Origin: Phallusia mammillata
Lineage: Eukaryota
Reading direction: 5' to 3'
Assembly: GCA_965637545.1 (NCBI GenBank)
Contig: OZ281500.1
Coordinates: 24,738,001-24,802,000 of the forward strand
Length of the DNA stretch: 64,000 nucleotides
Shown here: positions 1 through 13,912 of the stretch, in pieces
Layout: every line of letters starts with the position of its first letter
Numbering within the stretch: the stretch's first letter is position 1
Made by a program: the position numbers and the translations under genes
The notes under the pieces: model-generated
What the model was told of the DNA's origin: nothing
The model's input: only the letters and a program-made list of their open reading frames with translations
Database searches by the model: none

Positions 1-504
1 TGGAGGAAGTTGGTATGAAACCCGCTTGAGGAACTTGCGCACGCAGGCATATGGTGGTTAACCATATTTCGTGTTGTCTATAGTTGGAAACACTTGATTT
101 CCAAACCGCCGCGGGGTGACAAGGTTTTCAGGAGGTTCAAGGCATTCGAATCCTGCCTCCTACTTGGCGCTGTAAGCCCGTTCCTCAGCTGTCCGACCTT
201 TACACGGAGGAACGATGACCTTTGTCAGGCCACAATGCACTTACGCGGATGAAATGGTATTTTCGAAAATATTTCACAGAAACGCCACTTTTTGCGATCA
301 CACAGTCTGTGCCATTTCAACTGGTCGCAGTTTAAGCAAAATATCCCAAAGAAAACTGGTTGCAATCCTTATCTATTACTGGGTTTTTACAAATATTTGT
401 CAAACATTTACCAAAACTACAGCGAATTTGTAGCAGGTAAGACTTGACGTTTAAGTCAACCACTATTTTATAACATGACAATTTATCCTGAGCGTTAGAC
501 TCAC

Positions 505-3500
505 CAGATCTCTCGGATCGCTCTCAAACGAATTGTAGGGTTTATCCGAGTTGTCGAAAGACGAGTTCTTGTTACTCCGACACTGATTCGAGCAGTTGTT
601 GTCGTGGTCGTAATAGTTCAGCTCACCGCTCTCGATCAGCTTCCTGGATCGATGTGAACATAAGTTTAAACACTTGGACATTTATATTGCAATGTGAAAA
701 AAATGTTTGTTGGAAAAAAATGCGAATTGCTGCTGCTCACAATGTGTAAATGTGGTTTATTAAAATCACAGGACGAGTATGACTAAATGTTTACGTAATT
801 CACTGTCATGCGGTTTAATCCATCACCATACAAGAGACAGAGTGAATGCGATATTTAAGGATAAGTTACAGATATTGCCCGCTTTTGTGAACGGAAATAG
901 AAGTTTAAACTCATTTGACTAGTTTGTTTAATCAATTTTCGGCAAAGTTTGTTTGAAATAATTCAAACTTGAATTGTAAATCTCCTATTTGATGAAACAT
1001 GGCGAGGTATGTATTACGGGGTTAGCGTGGTGTTCGAACCTACAACCCTCGGGTTATTATCACAACAACTATCGCATCCTGTGATTGTATCGTGCACATT
1101 GTGACGTGATGCAGATAGAATGGAGCCGCGCTTCGTTAAATTCGAGCGTTTCGCGTCTCGTGGTTCGCGCTTCCACCACAGACCGGATGTCGCTCTATGA
1201 CTCACAATCATGTCGGGCGACTCTATGACGTCATAACGTCGTGTCGCGCTGTTCGAATTTGTAAACAACAAACAGCGGTGAAAAGCGGGGGACGTTTTGT
1301 GGCAATGATCGCCGCCAGTTTGGTGATTAACAGGTGAAAACTCACGCTCGTGCAAATATGAAAACATGTGTTGGTGAAGTTTTTAGTGCAAGAAAAATAT
1401 TTCGTGAATTAAATCACCGAATCATCGGCAAAACAAATTGCAAGATTTCACATCAAGTGAATAAATGTTTAGACGTCTGCCAGATAGGTAAGTGGACAAA
1501 ACAGTTGATGACGAGGTTTTCAGAGATTTAATACGATAGATAAAAAATGTTCAGGTGTCTGAACTTTTGGACCATAAAAACACAGTTTGTTTTCAGACGC
1601 CTTTCAAACGGTAAGGTAATATTTGGTCCATTATTGGAGCGGTAAATTCACATAAAATATGAAGTTCTAATTCCAGCCACTTAACTTGCAACTATTAGGT
1701 GACCAAATCACATGAATATTAACTCCGAAAAAACAAACATGAAACCACAACAAACAAAAGCAACATGATTTTACCGTAACATCGTCCCGTTGATTCGGAT
1801 TGCTCGCTTCCAATCTTTCAACGTTGATTTTCCGGCGCAGTTTACAAATTCTTTCGGGGTCAGCCATTGATCTCCGCACTGTAGAATAATGGACGTATAT
1901 ATAAGTAAGTACAGACAACATACAAGCGAACTACAGGATACGAACAACTCGTGTTAATTTGAACCTCTAACAAAATTTGTATCAACTACAACACGTTTCA
2001 AGTTTAACTTGTTTATATGACATGTAATACGGTATTTTGAACCAGTGACCATTTCGTTTCTGTATAATTTCATAAATAGGTTATTTCAGACGCCATACGG
2101 GTAAACTACACCAACGACTCGTATTACTATATATCTCTTTTTAGAGACTCCAACAATATTAAATATTAGGATAAACAAAAATAACACAGAAGTCATCTTT
2201 TTGGCAAGTATATTTAGACGTAACGTGACATTGTAAACCTTTTTTTTGTATCAGTGTTATTTTCAACAACACAACCAATATAAGTTAGATTGTGACAAAC
2301 CTTTACACATTTTGCGTTAATTCCAGGACAGATAAATTTCTTCCAAACCAGGTCAGCCTTGTTGTTTCCGCATGTGATGGGGTAAGTTGTGTCTTCACTC
2401 GGTCTAAACAACATCGAGTTATTTTATCAACAAAATTGGTGGATGGTAATTTTCCAAACATATTCATGGACTGCACGTTACCTTATTATAATTGAACTGG
2501 CAGGCTATGGATTTATAACACACAGTTTTCGACCATAAATTTTTTTGAGTTTTACCAAACGCTCCATAGCATAGAGAACAAGCCCAAATAGGGTGTGTGC
2601 AATGTATAGCATTTTGTTGTCGCACTAAAAAGCGCACAAAACAATGCAGAACATGTTCAAAATGGTAAAAAAGTGAACGTTTTTTTGCGGCCACAGCAAT
2701 GAAGCTACTCCATTGCATACTTTTTTCCGGATGTTTTGAAGTCTTTGTATGTGGAGGAGTAGATAATGAAATACGGGTAGTTAATTTTGGAATCGACCAA
2801 ATTAAAGTGGTGTCACCCAAGTTTATGTGTCGGTGGACATAAAGTGCCAATAGTGATCTCATAATGGTCCAAGACGACAACTGACGTCAGTAAGGTCATG
2901 AATTATTAAATTCTTAATCGTCAACTCAAAGGTCTGAAGGTTTTTTAAAGTCCGAAAAATGTTTAAGCTCCGTTTACCCAAAGTCGCGTGAAATTTTCGG
3001 GATTTGTTGATTGCGAAGTTGCATTCCCAGTATGAACAGAAGTTGTTTTAGCTTAAAACTACGTGCTGTGCTGCCTGTGTAAACTTTTATCACTATCAAA
3101 CTTTACCAGATTATTTGTTTGGAGCTGATTCGATAAATAACCGGGAAAATGTACAATTTGGCGGGTGCCGTCGTTACTATGCCAACATATTGTCGTTGGT
3201 TGCTATGCCAACCGAGTTAATAAGGGAAGTTTGCGACGCAACCCGCTTTCAAACCGCGATTAATCGTGACATCACCGCGCGGTTGATTCATCCTACGATG
3301 AAACGAACAACTCTGCGTCGACGATAAAATGTTTCCATTCAACTGTCAGTTCACGGACACACACACACACACACACACACTCACATACACACACACACGC
3401 ACACACACACATGGGGCGGTGCTGGATACGCAAGTCACATGCATTTCTGTGTGTTAACTGGCGTTCAATGTTGACTTTCGTGTTTGTTGAGCGAACGAGC

Positions 3501-6500
3501 CGGTTTCCTAACTTGTTTGCTCTCAGTCTGGGGGCTTTCCAATTAACCGTCTCTAACATTTATTGGAATATTTTCTGACACCAAGATCACACATAGAAAC
3601 ACTATACACGGACTTGACAAACGATTTATTTAATAAAAATAAAGTACTTCTGTATATAGAATACATCATGCAGACGTTTCAACAATCATAAGTTGCCATC
3701 ATCAGTGCATGCTGTCAGTTGACCATAAGATTAAACTTGCAAACGTAAAATTTTTCCATTCATTTTTCGAAAATTTAATTGTAGTTTAGATATTGTTTAT
3801 GCTTTGGCCATTTGACTTATAATAAGTTTTTTTTAGCACATCGTAAAAAACATCGTCAAAACGTTTTATTTCAGCCATTTTTTGTAATTTGCTCTTTGAG
3901 TTTCGCACTTTAAATTTGTTGTTGGCATTAAAACTTTTCTTATAAATCAACTCTCAAAGTCACATTGGCGCTGCAAGCTGCGTCAAGAGGTTTACGTAAC
4001 CCGATTTCGGCAACCAACCAAAACCGAAAATTGTCGAAAATCAAGTTTTCTTGTTTTGGCAGAAAAACCTTAAAAACCAAATAAAACTTTTAAAAACTTT
4101 GCATTTACAGAATAATTTGAACATCGGTTCGGTGTAGTTGGGTTGTTACATGTGTTTTGGTTTGCCACAATTACAACGTTGCAAGTTGTAACATTTCACA
4201 TTTCAGTTTCAACATCAAGGTTTTACGTGAATACGTGTGAAAACATCGTGCCTCTTTGGAACTTGAGTGCGCTTGGTGCATGACCAGGTGAGGGTAAATA
4301 TAGAAATCGGTGAAAAACGTGAACCCGTACGATCTTTATGTGAAAACCGCGGGATTAAGGCGAGCGGAGAAAACGTGCAAGAGATGCGACTCAAATTTTC
4401 TGCGTTAGAGCGATGAGATTGTTGGGTTCATGTTTCAACCAGCCTGTGTTTTAACGTATTGAGATTTTCTTGGTCTAATTTGTTACCAGTTTCGCATTAA
4501 CTGCTAACAATTCGGAACTGCACAACTATCAAACTGAAAGTCTCGTGTAACACAACCGTTGTTTCAGTTTTCTTGTCAACCGTATGTCTGTAAGTCTTAA
4601 CTCTAATAGTTTAATTAAAACTCATTAGTTAAAACGTTTCCAAGTTATAAAGCCTAAAAAATGTGGTGTTAGAATGTAGCTTGACGAGTTTGGCACACGA
4701 AAAACTTTGGTTTGGTGCGTTTGTAAAGTTCAAAACCACTGCACTGTGTCGTAACAAACCACCTTAATAAAGTTCGCCGTCGTTCCCCCGTAAAAGTGAA
4801 ACAACTTACTTTTCGAGTTCAGTGTGGGAATCGCTTTTGTAATCCTTTGGCAGCAAATGCATGTGTGATGCGGTTAACATTGGGTCGCTCCTGAAAAAAA
4901 TAAGATTGTTTAAAAAATAAAAATAACAAAAGCCTCACTGTAAAGTACAGGCGTGAATACTAATAATAATTAGATCTCCTGAAAAATCTTGAAATTGTTT
5001 ATGGGGTTTGTTTGCGCAAACAGCAGTTATTTCCACAACGTTTTACTTAAACGCAGTTTTTTTTCTGCTGCAAAAACCGCAAATCTTCAAAAATGGTTTG
5101 CAAACGAACAAAATAAAATTCTTCTTCCCACAAACCGCATTGTTGTGGCATTCATACGTCACAATAAAAAGACACTGCAATAAACGGTTTGGTGACATTA
5201 CGCAGAAAAGGTCACACTGAAAAAACAAGGACGACTGGGCGGGAGGAATAAACAAAATTTCCATGCAGCAAAACTGTTTTCGTTTGAGATTATCACGAAA
5301 CAATCAAGCGGACGTGGTTCGTTCCACAATAAACAATCGCGCTGTGATGTCACAAGTAAAAGTTTGAAAGTTAGTGTGACCAAACAAACGGAAAGAAAAT
5401 GTTGTTTTGAAGTTCACAAAAACGCATTTATACAAACGATGACATTTTATGCAAAGCAGCTACAACTGAATAGATGAAGTTACTTTATAACAGTTGTCGG
5501 CAACCGTCGGTCCGCGAGGATTTCGTATACTTTTTCAGGTTAAATGCTTTAAAACATTTTGCCCATGGATCCCGAGGTTGATAAACTAATTTTATTTTCA
5601 TTGCTAAATATTTGTAGGTTTGAAGGCCGGTCCGCGATGAAATTTCGGTTTTAAAAACGGTCCGCAGTGCAAAAAAAGTTGCCGACCCCTGCTTTAATAG
5701 AGTGACGTTCATAAACTTAACATTTAATCACGTGACAACACATCGCCCACATCCGGGACCTTTTAACTTGACGTCAGCGCAAAACATCTTCTGCTCAGCT
5801 GTTTCGACTCGTGTCATTAAATTATTTAAACTCCATCAAAGTTAGCGGGAACGTTCGACCCCCGGTTACTAGGGGTTACCGATTGACGCATTGTGACGTC
5901 AGTACGTCGATCTTGGGTAAAGGTTAGAACTCATAGGTCGCCGCGCGCGGAGGTTCGACGATATTTGTTTTAGAGTGAAGCAAATGCCGGCGGACACATC
6001 AGACCAGGGAGAGGAATTAAGTGAAGGGGAAGTGCTGCAAATATCACATGGAGCGACATGTTCGATAAACTGGATCACTACACACTGATCGAGACAGTTT
6101 TTGTTTCACACTGTCGTTGGTTTGCATCAGTTGATGTGAACATGTCAAATCATAAGCGGAGTTGTTGAAACACCATTAAAAACGCAATTACATGTTCAGC
6201 TAATGATAAATACTTGCGGACATTTACATCGGCAATTGGAAGCGTAGAGACGTAAAAATCTCAAAAAAATGAAAAAAGAAAAAAAGTAGCAGAATAGATG
6301 TATTTTCAGCGGGAAAAGTGGGTTAAATGGAAACAATTACGACGTTCTATAACAAAGCATAGATGATTGTCGCACCGGTTTATTAGTAGCATCTGAATCA
6401 GCACTACACTGTAAGCGTCACAGCGTATACCCCCTTACCTGTCATGACTGTAGTGGAATATTCCAGCTGGTCGGGTGTCGCCGTTCATCGCTTGATGGAT

Positions 6501-9500
6501 CGAAGTTGGAGGGGTAACCGTCACTAGATGGGGCTCTTTACCGTCGTTTCTACAACATTTTAACGTCACAATGGCACACTAACGTCACAATGACAAGTTC
6601 AGCCAAGACTTGGTCGCGCAAGAGGCAATATACTAACAACAAATCACTCAATACACGAGTTTTTAGCTTTTTGCACAATTACATTTTTGGAATCTGGGCA
6701 ATAAAGTGGGAAAATATATATGCTAGTGTTTTCGTTGCGTTGTGACTTTTCCTTTGTTTATCGTGCACTGTACTACGCGCGTTCGGTGTTATTTACCCTG
6801 ATAAAGGCGACCTGTATAGGACGTCGAAACGTCGGAATAAAAATACTTGCCAGAAGAGCTCTATAAAGTGGGAAAATGTTCACAATACCTGGGTTCACTG
6901 AGCAAAACAACGGTTTTTTCGTGATCTTCGCTGGTAAAGTGGCCGTTTGGTGGCGCAGTCTCCATCGGACGTGGTGCAGGGGAGTCGCAGTCCTTTAAAC
7001 AATCATCAGTTAACTATGACCAATATTCTGGTGATGTGTAAATTCGGGCAAACGCATATATGACGTCATACCTGCGAAGCTTGCTTGAGAAGAGATCTCG
7101 TCGGTTGCGGGCTGGGGGAATTACCCACCTCCATCTGATCAACCAATGGGGCAGAACTGCGTGAGAAATAAACTAGGTGAGAGGTCACGTTAGGTTAGGT
7201 TTGCATTAAAAGCGTTTTGACCGTTTTTGCGCTCATCGAATAATGGTAAGAGCACAATTCAAGTTACTGTTAACCGATCAGCAGTAAGGTTTGTAAACGC
7301 ATAACGGCAGCTGGTTACAACATGTATGACAGAAAGATTGCGTGTACAGAGGTCAGGTGACGGTCAAAACATTGTACAGCGCAATGATCAGTCATCGTAC
7401 TTGCGTCAATCGGGTTTACATAACCACTGATTATGCTACAGCAGGTGTGGGCTATGCAGGCTTGCTATGGTGGACGGACATAGTATAGAACTGCAAAGTA
7501 AATTCATGTCTTCTTTAACCACAACAAATCTTTGAAATAACTTTATAATTTCCAATTACAAACGAAATATAGGGTTCACTTGTGTGATACTTTCAGAATT
7601 CAGATAGTTTGTTATTGTGATACCACAACAAAGCTATAAATGCGCACCGCAATACCACGACAATGTATAAAACGTTGTTGTATAATACGCTGGGGCATAC
7701 ATTGGAAGTGTGACAGTAAAATACAGCGGTTCTTTCAAGCGTTCGTGTCGTGTTTTGCTGGTGGATGTTTGACGGAGCGCTGAGACGCGCACATCAAATA
7801 AGACACAAAGCACGCACAAACGCACCACCGAGAACCGCGCTCTCCTGTTTGCTCGCTTTTCGCGTACATTCTAAATCTTTTATTATGACGCATGCGTAGG
7901 CGCCTCTTCCGAAAACGTCACAATCACAAAACAAAGGAGCGCGCGATCTCTCGCACACAGATGCTTTGGCCCGAGGCTAGCACGTAAAAATATACGCGCG
8001 CTCCACTATTACGTCACAATAGCATCACAGTCACGCACACATGCTCGTTCTACATTTCCTTGTTGAGGCGTGTGTGTGCGCGCGCGCCACCGACTATTAT
8101 TACGCCACAGTTGGTCTAGGTCGCGTGACAGTGAGGGTGTTGTGAGCTAACAACGCGATGTGAGTTCGCTCTGACTCGACTCAACGAAACCCGACGCAAC
8201 TTTGCGAACAAATTTGTCTTTGGAAATTCACGGCGGAGTGCTATTTACGTTTGGGGCAAGGCGTTTCGCACAAACACTGTAAAATATCAACGCGGTTCCA
8301 ACGCTTACATCGCACTGCATGACATTCCTCACAAACGCTTCTCCCACTCCGCTCCTGCCTTTCTCTTCCATTCTCCTGCTCCTCACACCGCAACGTTGAG
8401 CCTCCAAACACACAGAGCTGGCGTCGCTAGGAATTACCGAGGGCCCATCAATAATGTAAGGGTTCCACCAGACCCCTGGGACGGGCCTTGGCGTTCGCGA
8501 GGTTGCCCCTTAAGTCACGTGACCGTATAAGGCGCGTGGAATACGAGACTGTGACGTCACAAGGAGTTTGATTATTGATTCCCCAGTTAGGGAACTTTGG
8601 TCGTTTGTTGCGCTCACGTTCGAGAAGTGGCGCAAAATAACCGTGGACATAAGCGCGTTGAACGTTTTTTGCACGCCAACACACATATTCGAAGCTTTCA
8701 ATTGTCGAAACTTGGGTCAAAAAATGAACCAAGCTTGGCTAACCACAGTGATTTACTGTGTTTGAGTTTCGGTTTGGTTGCAAGCATCAATAGAAGGTTT
8801 TAAGGAAGCGAAAGTTACAAACACGTAAGTGACGTCACCCATCACGTGATTAGAGGATCAACTATTCCTGGAAGAGTCAGTAAAGCGTATCTCCGCAGTT
8901 TTCGTCTATAAACAGATTTTATGAAGTTCCGTGAAAAAAATGCTCATGCGTGTCGCGTGACGTCAAAACCAAAAGAATATTTCTGTTCCGTAAAACTTGG
9001 TAAACTGTCACGTGACAATTGGGGGGTCACGTGAGTAAAACTCGTGATTCTGAACTTGGACGTCAGTAAATGATTGAAACGTAACAACGACAATCTTATG
9101 GAACCAACGGGATTTTGCCAACGGAGAAAATCGCACACATTTCACACCTGTTCAACCATAAAATTGCGCGAGATATGACAACCCAACAGTAAATTTTAAC
9201 GACTTGCTTTCAATTCCATCCACTTTACAATATTTTTAATCAATACGAATTGAAATATGAAGTTTCCACTAAAAGACGGACACATAACTATCGGCACAGT
9301 GTCATAATTTCAAGAAAATGTCGACCCAAACAATAATTTTAAGTTCCACACAAACTTGGCTAATGTTTTCCTCAGAAAATGCAGAACCTTGGAACCGACG
9401 AACGATAAAAATACCTGAAATGTCAAAACACTTCTGAGCTTGTAAAATTACCCGTGTCGCGTTAAGTATTTGCGTTTCCACAATTCAAACACATGAATCT

Positions 9501-11399
9501 AAAAACCTGGTGCTAAAAATGGCAGTTCGAGATAAAACGAATCCCGGAAACAAATATATAACTATTTTAACAATAAAAACTTTCGTGCTGAAAATAGATC
9601 GTCAGGTTTAAACGGGTGATGTGTAATTATTTGTTACATCGGTGACCTCGGTGCAATGGTGATTCGAGGTTCACAAAAACGAGAAATTTCCACAGATGGA
9701 AGAAGCTTTATGAAGAATGACGACAATTTGCGTCACAGAATTGCGTCAGGGGAAAAATGAGACGACGAGATGTAGAAGAAACTTCACGGAAGGTCTGAAA
9801 TGCGTGCAGGAAATGCCAGGAAGGGAACGGCGGCTTGTAGGCTATGTGACGTGCAGTATTGAACTTGGAACGGGGAAACGCGACCTTTTTGAATATTGTG
9901 AGGAGATTCGATGTTTGGTATAAAAGTGAAATGTCGGCCAAACAACAGGAAAATATGATAGGAACGCAGCCAGAACGAAAGGGTAAAAAACTGCCATAAA
10001 AACGACAAACTGTTGAGCCCCACACAGCAATCCCAGCACCCAAGAAGTTATATTTTACAGTTCTTTACTAAATTAGCTTTTTTAAACAAAAAATGTTCAA
10101 CAGCACAGTCATGTTGTGTTTCATGATTTTTCATTTGATTAACTTTCTTTAATGTTTCATCTTGACATAATGGTGACAACCACAGCTGTTTTTTGTGTCT
10201 ACAAATCTATTTTACCACCCATGTTCTTCAGACACAATAAAACCAGACTACATCGAAAATACAAATCTAGGGAGCAGTCTGGTAAAGCAAGAATCAATAC
10301 CACATACCTACGAACAACTGCTTGGTTAGAATTCACTGTGAAATGTGATATGCATGTGACCTGCTAAGTAAGATGCTTCGACACAGACTTGCAGCTGTTT
10401 TTCAACAAGTAATTTAATGTTTACAAGGTGGGACAACAACAATAAACCTAAATACTTGACAAGTCAGGCATGGGTAGAATGATGCAAACAGTTTAAATCT
10501 AAGCGGATATGTGCAGTAACATTATGACCTTTAGTCCAGCTCTGCTTTGACTCCAAACCGCTGTAATACTAATTCCACAATATTAAATCTCCAACTACGC
10601 CAATATGAAACGAACATGTACACTTTGTACACAAACAATACAAAAACTACATATGCAACTTCAAATCCAAAATGCCTGCTTTAAACAGAAAAAAATGTAA
10701 ACTATCCCTATCGCAGATGGTTCTAATCCCAAAACAAAATAGGGGCAAAACAATATGTCCCTTTTGCAGCAGTAGACCCAAGCAATGGTTAAAAAAGACT
10801 CTCCATAAAAATCAATAACCAACGTGTATTATGAAAATTTCCCAAAATGAAAGCCTGTCTACATTAATTGATAACACAACTGAATTAATACAAGACTCAA
10901 CCATGGACATCAAAAAATACAATCAGGCATTGCTAACAGCTGTACTAAGCACACAACAACAAAAAATACAACAGATAAATGTATCCTACCTTCTTGGTCT
11001 TGGAGATCCACTACTTTGTTGTGAAATGTGCTGAGTCGTTTCAGGTGCCAAGGAAACAGTAGAAACTTGAGGTGACTCTGCAATAATTTGTAATTTTCAA
11101 ATACCAGACATGTTTGTAACCATAGCACAACTAAGTAAGTACATTAGCATAACGTGTATGACGTTCAGCCTCATTAGAAGGAAAAAATCAATTGTTTAAT
11201 GCTCACAGAGTGTTACATTCTAAGTAAAGCAGTCCTTACACAAAGCACAGAAATGCATTTTTGGTTTTAGGATGCATAGCTGGTATAAATTGCTATGACA
11301 AAAAATCAAAAAAAAAACATTACCTGGTGATATTACGTTGGCGGTTGACATTGCCGTTGCAACAATATTGGTTGTGGGGGAGGATGCAGGTTTTTCCAT
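505..11399 (-). CDS. GMEB: GMEB1/2-like SAND (KDWK) domain transcription factor, 3' part runs off left edge
   Basis: Phase-consistent GT-AG exons on minus: 11399-11324, 11077-10990, 10560-10529, 10335-10308, 7156-7129, 6992-6889, 6549-6439, 4890-4810, 2403-2301, 1878-1775, 643-505. Spliced product contains YPITCGNNKADLVWKKFICPGINAKCVK-CGDQWLTPKEFVNCAGKSTLKDWKRAIRINGTMLRKLIESGELNYYDHDNNCSNQCRSNK, the GMEB-type SAND domain. The true start may lie upstream, since the acceptor at 11415 is in frame. Exons left of 505 are not securely placed. Confidence 0.9.
3357..3411. repeat. (AC)n microsatellite
   Basis: About 55 bp of near-perfect AC repeat in a GMEB intron. Confidence 0.95.
3667..3711 (-). 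ncRNA. Minimal type I hammerhead-ribozyme-like motif H1
   Basis: Minus strand: CATGCA-CTGATGA-T-GGCAA-cttatga-TTGTT-GAAA-C-GTC-TGCATG. Perfect 6-bp stem I, intact core, GUC triplet. Confidence 0.7.
5491..5691. mobile_element. hAT-type MITE (~200 bp)
   Basis: TIRs CAGTTGTCGGCAAC / GTTGCCGACCCCTG and degenerate 8-bp TSD ctttataa/ctttaata. A partial sister copy at ~61829-61905 shares tttttcaggttaaatgctttaaaacatt. Confidence 0.7.
6716..6862 (+). mobile_element. 147-bp TSD-flanked retro-insertion carrying hammerhead-like motif H2 (6789-6840)
   Basis: 15-bp direct repeat ATAAAGTGGGAAAAT at 6701-6715 and 6863-6877. Internal CTGATAA-A-GGCGacctgtataggaCGTC-GAAA-CGTC-GGAATAA, homologous to 21044-21125. 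Confidence 0.7.
8438..8560 (-). promoter_or_regulatory. Candidate alternative first exon/internal promoter of GMEB (ATG GGC CCT CG|gtaatt)
   Basis: ATG at 8448 and a phase-2 donor at 8437 match the phase-2 acceptor of exon 7156. The upstream frame is closed by a stop, and TGACGTCA sites lie at 8552, 8830 and 8958. Confidence 0.4.
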
Positions 11400-13912
11400 T
11401 GCTTGTTGAATGTCGCTGGATTTATTCCATATATTCCACAAATAAACGGGCAAACTTTGAAATTGCTAATTTTTACTTTCTTAGAATTCTTATCATCACA
11501 GTTTTACAGGATTGCAATTACTTTCAACACACAAGATTCAGGGTGATGCAATTTTGGTAAAATTCTATTAAACTGCACCTAGACGGAAAAAAGACAAAAT
11601 ATAAGCAAAACATTCTACATTTTGTTTTGATCACAGACAACATATATAACTGTTTTGTTTACAAAAATAAGCTAAAAATAATAACTTCCTCAAAACTTTA
11701 TGCACATAAGTCTGTTAGTTTAATGCTTGTGTCAGACACAGCTAACCGTTACATAAACAATACAAAATTCCTTTATGTTTAATTTATGACTGTCAGCAAC
11801 CAAAGTATTATTCAAAAAGTGTTGCATACAATTAATGTTAAAAAGTCCATTTTGTTGTTAACAGGTTAATAGAACTACCACATAATTTCAAAATTAGATT
11901 ATAATTCTTTAACTGTGTAACCCAAATATAGACGCAGATATTACATATTAGGTTGACCAATAAACTGACAAAAATATATAACATAGGTGTTGTACATGTT
12001 ATTGTGCATGACATAATACATTTTCGTAATATGGACTTTAATATACACTCTCCAATATATACCTAACATAAACAGGCAGTGAAGAAGTTGTTTTATTTTT
12101 TTTTTATTTTTTTTTTTTGCATGGACCATGTTCACTTATTTAGAATAAAAAATCCCAAGACTTGAAAATTGAGTTCACACATTTTGTCTGTCAATAATGA
12201 CCAACCAAACCCTCAAAATAAATAAAGTAGATGTGACTCATATCTACAACAATGGCTCCATTGAAGCAAGCGTTTAATATCAAGGACTCAAGAAAATTGG
12301 GGCAAAGTTAATGATTTGTAGCAAACCAAGGAATGCAGATTGGTAAAGGTGGAAGTAATCACTTAACTGCGAAACTTTAGTAGATGTTGTTACTAACATG
12401 CATGATCCTATAATATCTATTATATCAAACATGTTTAACCATGTTGCCACAACAAAAAGCACTTTTAATCATTTTGCAAAATGTTCAAAATAGATTTTGA
12501 CTAATTTTTGTTGTCAAATTGACTTAAAACCAGAAAATTGCTGACGTTTAGACATCTAAACAAAACTCTAAAGGTTTTAAAAATTCTAGAAACCAGAAAC
12601 ATTAACATGTAATCACTACACAATAACAATTTCCGTAGTTATATAATTGTGCTGGGTTGAAAATGTAGGTCATATATGCACTGGTGATGCAAATGAATCA
12701 TAAATTCGTATCAAATTAGCCACAAACTAATGATTAACTCTCCAAAAACTCTGCTACATTCATAACAGGCCCGATATAAACTTTTTCTGCGCTTAAACTT
12801 CAGCAATTTCAACGAAATATGGCGACAGACCAGTTTTGCAAGTTAACGTCCGACAACCTTCATGCAGTTATGGCAAATATGCCCCACACATCCACGCATA
12901 TAAGGTCAACGAACTGGGCTTTGAAGCCTAATCTCAGGCACAAGAAACAAATGCACATGTTGAAACGGATTGACGTCAAACTGAGTAGAATGAACTTTGT
13001 CGAAGAGCGAGGCCTAAATCCCCTGGCGATAAAACCTTCATCACAATCAGATTGAATTATTTCTGGCGTAATTGCGGTTCTACGTTCACTAGCTCGCGCC
13101 AAATCAAATCTAGGCTGAATAAAAACCCGACACAGGCTCGTTCAGAGCAGGGAAGGCTTCTACGCTTTATCGACGTCGTTTTGCGGAACTGCGCAATGAC
13201 TGTGTGACGCGCCATTCACGCACACGCAAGCGCCACGCCACGCTCGCGCGCTGCACACACATGCGATAACGTACCTCTCTGGTTTATGCGAGTAAACCGA
13301 GGCTGCATTGAAGAAACAGACTGCTCCGTTGGCGCTGGACAAAAACTCGCTGAAATTTCTCCACAGCTAAATTGCCTGGCCTTGGAAAGAACAAGTAACA
13401 CGTAGCAAGGGGAAACTCCTAAATTGTTTTCACGCAAAACTTCTAGGTCGCCACAAAGTTTCTTGAAATGTTTGAGTGTTTATTCCAGGAAAAATTGGAC
13501 AAAAAATTCCGCTTCAAGATATTTTTGTCCATTCCCTATTCCCATACCCTTTATATATTTCGCTTTTATCTTTATTCCAAGTCAGTGACTTTAACTGGGC
13601 AGCAGCGATTTAGTCCGAAACAAAGTAACGGATAATACAACAACACAAGAAATACCGCCTTCCTTCGAGGCAGGTCAATTATGTTCTAAAAATATGCGCA
13701 GAGATTTGTGCCAGCCGTCGACTCTTGCTTTTCTGCGACAAAAACATGTCTTGGTGGATTGAGCAGACTGTGCCCCGCTATATTTAGACGAAATTCACCA
13801 TTTAACTATGTGCCCCACTAAAATGCCAACGTCTAAATTTGTGAAATAACCTTTCGGCTGTAAAAAGCCAACACGCCCAGTTGTCTATTTCAAGTGTTCG
13901 ACAAAACATGAA

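Noticed and set aside
1-436. Plus-strand exon-like stretch ending cag|gtaaga, and possible further GMEB exons (~221-166, 81-1 on minus)
   Set aside because: Several frames are open and the acceptors are weak; cannot be placed without the sequence beyond the left edge.
2464-2880. 138-aa minus-strand ORF
   Set aside because: It lies in the GMEB intron between phase-matched exons 4810 and 2403 and has no domain or splice support.
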